Below are positions 55,760 through 64,000 of a DNA stretch of 64,000 nucleotides, in pieces (position 1 is the stretch's first letter; the number at the start of each line of letters is the position of its first letter). Source of the stretch: a virus (lineage: Duplodnaviria; Caudoviricetes); IMG/VR virus record IMGVR_UViG_2690316366_000001, positions 32,001 to 96,000 of that record, one strand, 5' to 3'. Below the pieces are notes generated by a model. The model made no database searches. It was not told where the DNA came from and saw only the letters and a list, made by a program, of their open reading frames with translations. The position numbers and the translations under genes are program-made.

Positions 55760-58700
55760 TTTCGACGCCGCGGGCTATGTCCGGGGCGCCGCTCAGAAGG
55801 TGGACGCCGACAACAAGATGATTGCGAGCGACAAGGCTCGCAATGCGGCACTGGCGCAGTCGGATGCCGCCCTGGCCAAGATCCCGGGTGGGATGACGTC
55901 GGTCAGCAAGGCGCTGCTCGACGGCTACGGCGCCGGCGCTCAGTTCGAGGCGATCATCCGTCGTATCGGCAACGCCGCCGACCGAGGGATGGGGCTGGAT
56001 CGCGTCAATCTGCTCCTCGACGCGGCCTACCAGAAGTTTGGGCTCACCGCGGATGCGGCTTCGTTGGCCGAGAAGGGCTTCGTCTCGATTTCCGGGGCCG
56101 TTACCCAGCTCAATGAGCAATATTCCGTCCACGCCGAGGTCGCGACGCGCGCGGCGGCTGCAATTGAGCAACTCGCCGCAGCACAGAAGAGCCAAGCCGC
56201 GATCAACTCGACACTTGGCATCGGTGGCGACACAACGAAGTCGGCACAGGAGAGCGCAGACGCCTTCATGGCGCAGTATGGCGGCTTGGCTGGTGTCGCG
56301 CGCGCGCAGGCCGAAGAGGCTGGCAAGGCGTTCTCGCAGGATCTGGATCAACTGATGATCGCCGGCGCCGCGAAGTCCGCCAAGGATTCCGCCAGCGTCT
56401 TCGATCAGAACCTGCGGCAGCTGGACGAAATTGCTACCCAACGGGCGCAGCAGGCAGGTGCCAACTTCCAACGCAGCCTAACCGAGGCGCTGGGCGGCGG
56501 TGGCGCGGCGGCGACGTCGCTCGGCGCGACCTATGAGGCGCTGGCGGCGGAGATGCAGCGGCTCGACCAGATTGACCAGGCGAGGGCGGCGCATGTCGCG
56601 CAAAGCACTCAGCAGGCGATCGCGCAGGCCTACGGGTTCGACCAGGTCACGAAGTCGGCGAGGGTGTCGGCTGCAGCATTCATGGAGATCGACGCCGCCG
56701 GCGCCGCGTTGGCCGCCGAATTCGACGAGGCCGCCGCTGCGGAACAGAAGGCAGTCGCGGCCGCGGAGCAGTTGCGCGCCCAGTTGAACCCTCTCCAGGC
56801 CGAGATGATCAACCTCGGCAAGCAAACGGCGGCCAATCGGCAACTGTTGAATGACGGCGTAATCTCCACTGCCGAATACGAGCAGGCGCAGGTGTTGCTG
56901 GCGAAGCGGCTGACCGACGTCCAGATGCAGCTCAAGAATACCAGTTCGACCGGGCGCGTTGCATCCGGCGAGCTCGTCAACCTGTCCTACCAGTTGAACG
57001 ACGTCGTGACCGGCCTTGCGCTGGGGCAGTCGCCGTTCATGATCTTGGCGCAGCAGGGTGGCCAGGTATTCCAAATCTTCCAGTCCTCGAAAGCGAGCAT
57101 CACCGACTTCGCGGCGACGATCGGGTCGAAGTTCCTCGGCCTGCTGAGCGTGAGCCGGGTGGTCTGGGGCGGTATCGCGGCCGCGGTCGGCCTCGGCATC
57201 GCGGCCTTGATCTCGTATCAGAGCAAGCAGTCGGAGGTGCAGCGGTCGCTCCTTGGCGCCGGCCGGGCCAGCGGCGCTACCGTGGGCAGCATCAACTCCG
57301 TCGCGGATGCCGGTGCCTCGCGGACCGGTCTGTCGGTGAACGAAGCGCGCGAGCTCGCCACGGCTTTGGCGCAGACCGGCAAGGTCGCGAACGACAACAT
57401 CCTGCCCATCGTCAAAATGGGCAAGGATATCGCGACGGTCTACGGCACCGACGCCGCCGAAGCCGCCAAAATGCTGGCCGACGCCTTCGCCGATCCGGTC
57501 AAGGGTGCGGACGACCTCAATCAGCGGCTCGGCTTTCTCGACGGCGCCACCAAGCAGCTCATCACCAACCTTGTGGCGCAGAACAACGTCTATGCGGCGC
57601 AGGTGGTACTCGCAAACGCGGTCAAAACGGGCCTGCTGGACGTTTCCACGACGGTGTCGACAACGAAGTCCGCATGGACGGCGCTTGGCAATGCCGTCTC
57701 GAATGCGTGGGCTTCGATCGGCAAGAGCATCTACAACGTCCTGAATCCGCTGCAGGGCCTCGATGCTCAGTTGGATGCGGCAAAGCGCAAACTTGATCTC
57801 CTGCAGAAAACAGGAGGACGGACGGTCGACCCCGATACCGGCATGCTCGGGGCTATTGCTGACCCTGCTGCAATCGCCGCGGCCCAAGCGCAGATCGAGA
57901 AGCTCACCGCCGCGCTCCAGCGCCAGAAGACGGCGGCCGATGATGCCCGAAACGCGCAGCAATCGTTGGCTCAGCAGCAAGCGATCCGGACCGCGCTGCC
58001 GCAGATCGCGCAGACGCAGGATCTCCAAAATCAACTGAAGCTGTTGCAGGACCTCGCCGCGGCCCCTGACGTCGACCAGAAGCTCGCCAAGGTCGGACAG
58101 TCCATGGATCAGCTTCAGCGGTCGATCATCGCCACAAGCGCCGCGCTGGCGGCAATCCCAAAGAACGCGCTTGTCGACTTCCTGGGCAACGCGGCGAGCC
58201 CGGCTGAACGTCTAGCCGCGGGACTCGAGCAGATCCGCGCGAAATCTGCCCAGATCAACGCCTCGCCGGCCGACACCAGCCGCGCGACGTCGGCGCTCCA
58301 ACTCGATATTGCCTCCAGCGTCCAGTCGGCGCGGATGTCGGCTTTGGGCCAGTCGGCCGGCGTAGCGGACAGCGTCAAGCAGAAGTTCCTCGAGCTCCAG
58401 CGAGCTCAGGAGGCCGGGGCTGGCCTGACGGCGAAGCAGATCCAGGACCAGCTGGCGCTGGCGCGCGCGCAGGCCGACGGATCGCTGCAGATCAAGGCGC
58501 AGGTCGACGCCACCACGATCCAGGCAGCCACCATCGGCATGTCCGCCGGTGCCGCGGCTGAATACACCGCGAAGATGACGGCACTCGCCGATGCCGTCCG
58601 CAATCACAAGGAACTGACCGACCAGGACAAGGCAGCGATCGACGCGCAGGCCAAGGCCCTCGGCGCCGCGGCGCAGGCGAATGCACTCAAGCAGATCCAG

Positions 58701-59549
58701 AACGACATCCGGTTCGGCCGGCAGACCGCGCTGTTGTCGCCGGATGATGTCCAGATCGCGCAGCAGTTGAAGTCGGTCTATCCGGACGTCGCCGCCGCGC
58801 TGGCATCGGTCGAGGCGCAGGCGCTGCGCACCAACGCCGCGATCGGTCAAGCCTCGTCGACCATATCGAGCGATCTCGTGACCGGCATCACGGACGCGCT
58901 CGATGGGACCAAGAGCTTCGGGCAGGCCTTCACCGACACCTCGAAGCTTGTGATCCGAGCGATCGAGGAAATGATCATCAAGCTGCTCGTTGTCGGCCCG
59001 CTGATGCGCAGCCTGCAGAGCTCGTTCAGTGGCCTGGGCGGCGGCGCCGACCTCGGTTCGCTCCTCGGTTCCGCCGGCGTCTCCTTCGGCTCCCCTGGCA
59101 CCGCCGGCAGCAACCTGTTCGGCCCGGTCGCGCCGAGCGCGCTGGGCAACGTCTTCGCCCGCGGCAACATCATCCCGTTCGCCCGCGGCGGTGTCGTGAC
59201 GCGGCCAACGCTGTTTCCGATGGCCAATGGCGGTACCGGCCTCATGGGTGAGGCTGGAGAGGAGGCGGTGATGCCCCTGCGCCGCGGTCCTGACGGTCGC
59301 CTCGGCGTCTCGGCCGGCGGACTCGGTGGCGCCGCCAATGACAACTCGGCATCGGGAAATGTCGTCGTGAACATCTACAACGCGCCCTCGGGTTCGGATC
59401 CGCAGACCAGCGTCAGTCGGACGAACAACGGCAGCCAGGTGGACATCGTGTTCAAGAATGCGGTCACCGGTCTGATGGTGGACGACGCTGCGAAGAATGG
59501 CCCGATCTCTCAGGCCATCTCATCCCGTCAGCGTGGTTTCGGGAGTTAA
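55719..59549 (+). CDS. tail tape measure protein
   Basis: 1276 aa, Ala/Gln-rich; GQSPFMILAQQGGQ; FARGGVV...MGEAGEEAVMPL. Confidence 0.95.
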   Translation: MAGVALSSLRVTSDFDAAGYVRGAAQKVDADNKMIASDKARNAALAQSDAALAKIPGGMTSVSKALLDGYGAGAQFEAIIRRIGNAADRGMGLDRVNLLLDAAYQKFGLTADAASLAEKGFVSISGAVTQLNEQYSVHAEVATRAAAAIEQLAAAQKSQAAINSTLGIGGDTTKSAQESADAFMAQYGGLAGVARAQAEEAGKAFSQDLDQLMIAGAAKSAKDSASVFDQNLRQLDEIATQRAQQAGANFQRSLTEALGGGGAAATSLGATYEALAAEMQRLDQIDQARAAHVAQSTQQAIAQAYGFDQVTKSARVSAAAFMEIDAAGAALAAEFDEAAAAEQKAVAAAEQLRAQLNPLQAEMINLGKQTAANRQLLNDGVISTAEYEQAQVLLAKRLTDVQMQLKNTSSTGRVASGELVNLSYQLNDVVTGLALGQSPFMILAQQGGQVFQIFQSSKASITDFAATIGSKFLGLLSVSRVVWGGIAAAVGLGIAALISYQSKQSEVQRSLLGAGRASGATVGSINSVADAGASRTGLSVNEARELATALAQTGKVANDNILPIVKMGKDIATVYGTDAAEAAKMLADAFADPVKGADDLNQRLGFLDGATKQLITNLVAQNNVYAAQVVLANAVKTGLLDVSTTVSTTKSAWTALGNAVSNAWASIGKSIYNVLNPLQGLDAQLDAAKRKLDLLQKTGGRTVDPDTGMLGAIADPAAIAAAQAQIEKLTAALQRQKTAADDARNAQQSLAQQQAIRTALPQIAQTQDLQNQLKLLQDLAAAPDVDQKLAKVGQSMDQLQRSIIATSAALAAIPKNALVDFLGNAASPAERLAAGLEQIRAKSAQINASPADTSRATSALQLDIASSVQSARMSALGQSAGVADSVKQKFLELQRAQEAGAGLTAKQIQDQLALARAQADGSLQIKAQVDATTIQAATIGMSAGAAAEYTAKMTALADAVRNHKELTDQDKAAIDAQAKALGAAAQANALKQIQNDIRFGRQTALLSPDDVQIAQQLKSVYPDVAAALASVEAQALRTNAAIGQASSTISSDLVTGITDALDGTKSFGQAFTDTSKLVIRAIEEMIIKLLVVGPLMRSLQSSFSGLGGGADLGSLLGSAGVSFGSPGTAGSNLFGPVAPSALGNVFARGNIIPFARGGVVTRPTLFPMANGGTGLMGEAGEEAVMPLRRGPDGRLGVSAGGLGGAANDNSASGNVVVNIYNAPSGSDPQTSVSRTNNGSQVDIVFKNAVTGLMVDDAAKNGPISQAISSRQRGFGS

Positions 59550-59552
59550 ACG

Positions 59553-59924
59553 ATGGCTATCCCAACCTGGCCCGCGGTCAATTATCGGCCGCAGAAGAGT
59601 GGCTTCCAGATCACGAAGCGGTTTCTTGATCCGATCGCGACCGACATGGAGGGCGGCAATACCCGCGAGCGGCCGCGCCCTGGCGATAATGTCGGAACCG
59701 TTGTGCAGACGATCAACCTGACACTTGCTGAGCATGACGCCTTCGTGGCTTGGGTCCGGGACACGATTGGCAACGGGAGCGGGCGGTTCACGGCGAGCAT
59801 CTGGCTCGGATCGGCCTACGTCTCGAAGACGTGCAAGTTCGCCAAGGGTGGCAAGCCGTCCTACGTCCCGGTCGGGACAAGGTATGTCGCAGTATCCATG
59901 ACGCTGATGGTGTTTGACCTCTGA
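59553..59924 (+). CDS. distal tail protein (gpM-like)
   Basis: TDMEGGNTRERP; follows the tape measure gene. Confidence 0.7.
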   Translation: MAIPTWPAVNYRPQKSGFQITKRFLDPIATDMEGGNTRERPRPGDNVGTVVQTINLTLAEHDAFVAWVRDTIGNGSGRFTASIWLGSAYVSKTCKFAKGGKPSYVPVGTRYVAVSMTLMVFDL

Positions 59925-60448
59925 TGGCGAGTCACAGCGAAGCCCTGCTCGAGGCATATGCGTCGTGCCCGCCGAGCGCGCGCGTCTATCACACGCTCGA
60001 GATCTGGCAGTCGTCATTCGATGTTCCGGCGCGCGTCGTCGCAAATGTCGGCGACGACATGACTTTCGGGATCGAATTGTCCGGTCCGCGCAATCCCGGC
60101 GAGACAGCGACGTTCATCGCTTGCCCGTTCGAGTCGACATATCCGGAGCAGCGGCAAGGCCAACCGCCGCAGACCAACATCAAGATCGACAACGTCAACC
60201 GCCAATTGCTGCCGAAGATCCGTGCGGCGCTGGGCTACCGCGAATACATCTCGGTCCTGTACCGAGAATATCTCGCGACGGATCTTACCCAACCGTCATA
60301 CGGCGCCGTCGAGTTTGAGCTCCGCAACGTGAAGGTGGTTGGCACCTCGATTACCGGCACCGTGATGGTGAAGAACCTGCAGAACAAGCGGTTTCCGCGG
60401 CTGACCAGGAATTACGATTATGTGCAATTTCCGTCGTTGCTGCCCTAG
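59924..60448 (+). CDS. DUF1833-like minor tail protein
   Basis: EAYAS...HTLEI...FIACPF...IDNV...YREY...FPSL. Confidence 0.8.
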   Translation: MASHSEALLEAYASCPPSARVYHTLEIWQSSFDVPARVVANVGDDMTFGIELSGPRNPGETATFIACPFESTYPEQRQGQPPQTNIKIDNVNRQLLPKIRAALGYREYISVLYREYLATDLTQPSYGAVEFELRNVKVVGTSITGTVMVKNLQNKRFPRLTRNYDYVQFPSLLP

Positions 60449-60560
60449 TGGCCGGATGTCGGGCAAGAAGGTCGGCTCCTCGTCGCCTCAAATGGAAGCC
60501 GGAATACTTGCGGTGAGTAAATCGGGTCGCCGCTGCTCCGACAGGAGACCTCAGCAAGAC

Positions 60561-60950
60561 CTACAACGCTTGCCGCGATGAACCAGTTTCGGACTCTCCA
60601 TTCAGCAGGAAAGCATCGATTGTGTGCTTGAGCGTATCCAGCGTACATGGTTTGAGTATGACCGGCGTTCCTTCGAATCCGTCGGGCGCGGCGTTGCTAA
60701 CGTATCCACTCAAGAAAAAGAAGGGCAGCCCTCGGCGCTTTACTGCCTCGGCAACTGGCCGCACGTTGGCGCCTTGCAAATTGATGTCGAGGATCGCGAG
60801 ATCGTAGCCCTCAATCTCTGCAAGAGATCGCGCATCATCTACACAACCCGCTTCAGCGATGACTCTATGTCCGAGTTCCTCGACCATCTCGGCAAGCATC
60901 ATTCGAATAAGCGCCTCATCTTCCACGAGGAGTATCGATGCCTGCGTCAT
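60561..60950 (-). CDS. single-domain response regulator; moron
   Basis: ILLVEDE...DLAILDINL...SGY...KP. Confidence 0.88.
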   Translation of the reverse strand: MTQASILLVEDEALIRMMLAEMVEELGHRVIAEAGCVDDARSLAEIEGYDLAILDINLQGANVRPVAEAVKRRGLPFFFLSGYVSNAAPDGFEGTPVILKPCTLDTLKHTIDAFLLNGESETGSSRQAL

Positions 60951-60958
60951 GTCTCGCC

Positions 60959-61351
60959 TCAAGCCTTGCCTAAATCGGCTGCTGAGCGCTCGTTAAGGAG
61001 CTGAGAGACCGCTGTTGTAAGCTGGGCGGGGGCAAACGGTTTCTGAAGAATTGTGCTGTTGGGAACGCCTCGCGCCGGCCATTCGTGGGCTGCTGCGCCC
61101 GATATGTAGACGACGGGAAAATTTGGATCGACCTCGCGCGCCGCCCGCGCGACCTCCCAGCCGTTGAACCTTCCTAACAGATTGATGTCAGTCACAAGAG
61201 CGCAGTATGCAACGAGCCGACTCTTGAGCAGCGTCACCGCCTCCTCGCCGGACCTGGCGATGGCGGCCTTGAAGCCCCCCTCCGTCAGCGCATCCTCGAC
61301 AATGCCTTGGATCGCATCATCGTCTTCTACGAGCAGAACTGTCGGCAGCAT
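60959..61351 (-). CDS. single-domain response regulator; moron
   Basis: VLLVEDD...LVTDINL...ISG...QKPF. Confidence 0.88.
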   Translation of the reverse strand: MLPTVLLVEDDDAIQGIVEDALTEGGFKAAIARSGEEAVTLLKSRLVAYCALVTDINLLGRFNGWEVARAAREVDPNFPVVYISGAAAHEWPARGVPNSTILQKPFAPAQLTTAVSQLLNERSAADLGKA

Positions 61352-61455
61352 TTCCGGCAAAGTTTCCCCCCGGGGCACACGTGAACTGGACGTTACAAAG
61401 TGCACGCAACAAAAGTTCCTAGGATCGGGAAAATTTGGCAGTCTTGGAACCCGGT

Positions 61456-61761
61456 TTAGCTCGTGTCGGAGGATTTCTTCGCCTTAGCCTTTTGGCGAAT
61501 GAAGCTGACCTGCAACTCTTCGCCGTTTACTCGTTCGAGCTGACAGCGACGATAGGCAAGTCCTGTGGACGAAAGCAGAAGAAAGAACTCCTTCAGGATC
61601 AACCCCTCAATTGAGGTCTCAACTTGAAGTTTCGCCCCGAGATCTGAGATATCCTTAAGCACGCATGAGCGACACCACGTGCCATCGATGGCCATCATCA
61701 GCGCGGGCAACGGATGCTCAAAGGTGACCCGTCGGCCTTCTTGCTCTTTTTTTGCGGGCAT
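61456..61761 (-). CDS. PilZ-domain protein; moron
   Basis: GRRV...DISDLGAKL...EFFLLLSSTGLAYRRC. Confidence 0.8.
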   Translation of the reverse strand: MPAKKEQEGRRVTFEHPLPALMMAIDGTWCRSCVLKDISDLGAKLQVETSIEGLILKEFFLLLSSTGLAYRRCQLERVNGEELQVSFIRQKAKAKKSSDTS

Positions 61762-61872
61762 TGCGTAAACAGAAGTGATCCCGCCGTTGTATGTCCAACC
61801 AACTAACAGGACGTAACCAGGCTCGGGAAAACTTGGCAAGTTAGCCCGGGCCCACTCTGATAATTGGCGCAG

Positions 61873-62052
61873 CTAGACCTCTGGGCGAGACTGCTTCATC
61901 GCGCGCTCCACCTCATCAGCCAGATTGCGGTGATGGGCAGCGAGCTTGGCGAATAGCTCTTTCTTAATTGCATTGGTCGCGAGCTTGCTGATCAGTTCGC
62001 ACTCTTCCGCCTCGGTACGAAGCTTCTCTAGGTGCGCCGCCATGTCCTTCAT
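61873..62052 (-). CDS. small helical hypothetical protein
   Basis: MKDMAAHLEKLRTEAEECELISKLAT...KKELFAKLA. Confidence 0.7.
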   Translation of the reverse strand: MKDMAAHLEKLRTEAEECELISKLATNAIKKELFAKLAAHHRNLADEVERAMKQSRPEV

Positions 62053-62149
62053 TTCGGTCTTCCCCCGCGACGTTAGGGAGCGTTCCGCAGAGGGAACTGA
62101 AACGCAATAACCTATGATAACCCTCTCCAAGGCGGGAGCGCGAAACCGC

Positions 62150-62359
62150 TCAGTTGGGTGCCAGCAATTGCCCTCGTAGCCATCTGTTCGTTCTCGGGGA
62201 TTTCATTGGATCAACCAGATCGGCGACGGTTTGGGCGACGTCATTGCATTCGGGGCACTCAAAGGTGAGGATTTTGAAGCCCGAGGGGCTCGGTGTGATC
62301 CGTGCCAGCGTGGCTGCTGTTCGACACGTAGAGCATAGCGTTCGCGGATAGGGGAACAT
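62150..62359 (-). CDS. small zinc-ribbon protein
   Basis: CSTC...TFECPEC...DPMKS. Confidence 0.7.
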   Translation of the reverse strand: MFPYPRTLCSTCRTAATLARITPSPSGFKILTFECPECNDVAQTVADLVDPMKSPRTNRWLRGQLLAPN

Positions 62360-62780
62360 GTTGCGCGCCTCTATCAGGCGGGAGCGTTACAGAACTCTCA
62401 GTCGCCGGGTGGTTGCCAGAGGTGGGCCGGCGATGACGTAATATGGGAACTTCCGGTGTTCCGGCGCTGGTCAAAAAGGATCACACGCCAAAAGTAAATT
62501 AACGTGTCGTTAGCAAATCGGGACCTTTTCGGATTGAAATTAGAACAATTGCACTAAAACTACGCCCAAATTCGTTGTTTGTTCTCATCGGACTAAATCC
62601 CTTGATCTAGATCAACTGGTCGAGGGGCGAGAACGGACCTAGAACTCGCTTCACGAACTGCCGCCAAGCCCGGATCGGGTCAAAAAGCGGCCCATGGCGT
62701 CAAACCGACCGACGTCCGCCCTTTCTTCAATAAACCGCTGCCATCAAGGCACCCGCCAAGCCATCGGGAGGCAACGGCTC

Positions 62781-63197
62781 TTGCCCATTAACCGTTCGTC
62801 CTTCCTGTCGGCCCTGATCGGCGAGCCGTGGGCCTGGCAGTCCCGCAACTGCTGGGATTTCGCCTGCCATGTGCAGCGCGAGCTGTTCGGCCGCGAGCTG
62901 CCGCGCGTCCCGGTGCCAAACGACTTCTCGAAGCGCTGGGTGCTCGAGTCCTTTGAGGGACATCCAGAACGGGATTTCTGGCGCGAGGTGCCGGAGGGGC
63001 CCGGCGGTCTCGTCATTGCCGCGGATGGTGCGCTGGTCCTGATGGCGCATCTCCGCACACCGGCGCACATCGGCGTCTGGCTGAAATACGAGCAGCGGGT
63101 CATCCACTGCGACGAGAAGCAGGGTGTCGCCTGCGAAACTGTTCTGGCCCTGCGACAAATGGGTTGGAAGAAACTCCGGTTTTTCGAGCCGAACTGA
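62781..63197 (+). CDS. NlpC/P60-like tail assembly protein (gpK-like)
   Basis: LIGEPW...NCWDF...HIGVWL...VIHC. Confidence 0.8.
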   Translation: MPINRSSFLSALIGEPWAWQSRNCWDFACHVQRELFGRELPRVPVPNDFSKRWVLESFEGHPERDFWREVPEGPGGLVIAADGALVLMAHLRTPAHIGVWLKYEQRVIHCDEKQGVACETVLALRQMGWKKLRFFEPN

Positions 63198-63198
63198 C

Positions 63199-64000
63199 AT
63201 GCATGGATCGTTGAAACCAGCACGGGCGCCACGCACACCGGCGCCGCGGCCGCGTGACCGCCGCCGGCGCGAGCGTGTTGCCCCCCGCCATCCCGCCCTG
63301 CATCTCGTGATGCCGGGGCTCGAGGTCGCGCGCGCTGAGCCGCGCCCGCGCGAGACCGTGACGTCGTTTCTGCGCCGGACGAACTGGGCGTGGCGTGATC
63401 GCACCTATGGCTGGCAGTTCGCGAAGGGGCTGCCGACCATCCTCGAGATCAACGGCGAGGCGGTGCTGCGGAAGGAATGGCGCCGGCGCCGGATCGGTTC
63501 CGCGGACCAGGTCCGGTTTCTCAGCTTCCCGCGTGGGGGCGGGCAGGGCGGCAACGCCGTCAAGCAGGTCATCGGGATCGTCGCGCTGGTTGCTGTCTCG
63601 GCGTTCGCACTGTGGGCGCCCGTCGGTCTGTTCGGTCTCACCGCCGGCAGCTTTGGCGCAACAGCACTTGGTGCCGGTCTCGCGATCGGCGGCACGCTGC
63701 TCGTCAACGCGCTGATCCTGCCGAAGGCCGGAGCGACCAATTCGCCGAGCGCGACGCCGGACCAGATCTACTCGGTGACGGCACAGGGCAACGTCGCGAA
63801 GCTGGGACAGCCGCTGCCGGTTTGGTACGGCCGCCTGAAGGCCTTCCCGGACTTCGCTGCGACACCGTGGGCCGAATTCGTCGGCAACGATCAATACCTC
63901 AACCTGCTGCTGTCGGTCTCGATGGGCACCATGTCCTACGAAAAGATCTACGTCGAAGACACGGTCTTCTGGGATCCGGTCAACGGCGTCTCGGCGGCGT
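63199..64000 (+). CDS. tail tip/host specificity protein (TipJ-like), truncated by the window end
   Basis: Open frame from ATG 63199 to the window end; LGQPLPVWYGRLKAFPD. Confidence 0.8.
   Translation, partial: MHGSLKPARAPRTPAPRPRDRRRRERVAPRHPALHLVMPGLEVARAEPRPRETVTSFLRRTNWAWRDRTYGWQFAKGLPTILEINGEAVLRKEWRRRRIGSADQVRFLSFPRGGGQGGNAVKQVIGIVALVAVSAFALWAPVGLFGLTAGSFGATALGAGLAIGGTLLVNALILPKAGATNSPSATPDQIYSVTAQGNVAKLGQPLPVWYGRLKAFPDFAATPWAEFVGNDQYLNLLLSVSMGTMSYEKIYVEDTVFWDPVNGVSAA

Larger units (their letters stand above)
1..64000. mobile_element. Temperate siphovirus-like prophage (interior; both ends outside the window)
   Basis: Immunity switch, replication, terminase-portal-protease-HK97 capsid and tail modules in lambdoid order. 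Confidence 0.95.

Noticed and set aside
45250-58034. Long minus-strand ORFs (506, 495 and 518 aa)
   Set aside because: Shadows of the capsid, tail tube and tape measure genes.
62499-62513. CtrA box TTAA-N7-TTAG
   Set aside because: Single imperfect match in an AT-rich spacer; insufficient support.

Overview
The whole window is the interior of one temperate, long-tailed (siphovirus-like), probably cos-packaging prophage of an alphaproteobacterium. A Bradyrhizobium/Rhizobiales-like host is inferred from GcrA, PilZ and receiver morons and high GC. No integrase or lysis genes are visible. Order from left to right: (1) PL-type leftward early genes; (2) a DUF1376/HNH replication module and secreted-protein morons (0.9-6.9 kb); (3) the cI/cro immunity switch (7.0-8.2 kb); (4) a long rightward early/middle operon with GcrA, three DNA methyltransferases, RuvC-like, DnaN, primase and DnaB (8.5-22 kb); (5) a TPR moron, a putative late regulator and a terminase-type HNH (22-26 kb); (6) a 13-kb leftward array of about 25 mostly unknown small genes (26.3-39.6 kb); (7) a cos-like end, terminase, portal, ClpP protease, HK97 capsid, neck and tail genes (40-64 kb), interrupted by signal-peptide genes and a response-regulator moron. 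The most notable structure is the leftward array. Twelve of its genes carry the same 5-bp-stem AUNG-tetraloop hairpin, with compensatory changes, directly before the Shine-Dalgarno sequence. A second polar motif recurs in its spacers and ORFs. The array is bracketed by two related HTH genes, includes ArdC-like and DUF3560-methyltransferase genes, and lies next to the presumed cos end. This suggests a co-regulated, first-injected anti-defence region. All family assignments are by eye, without database searches.
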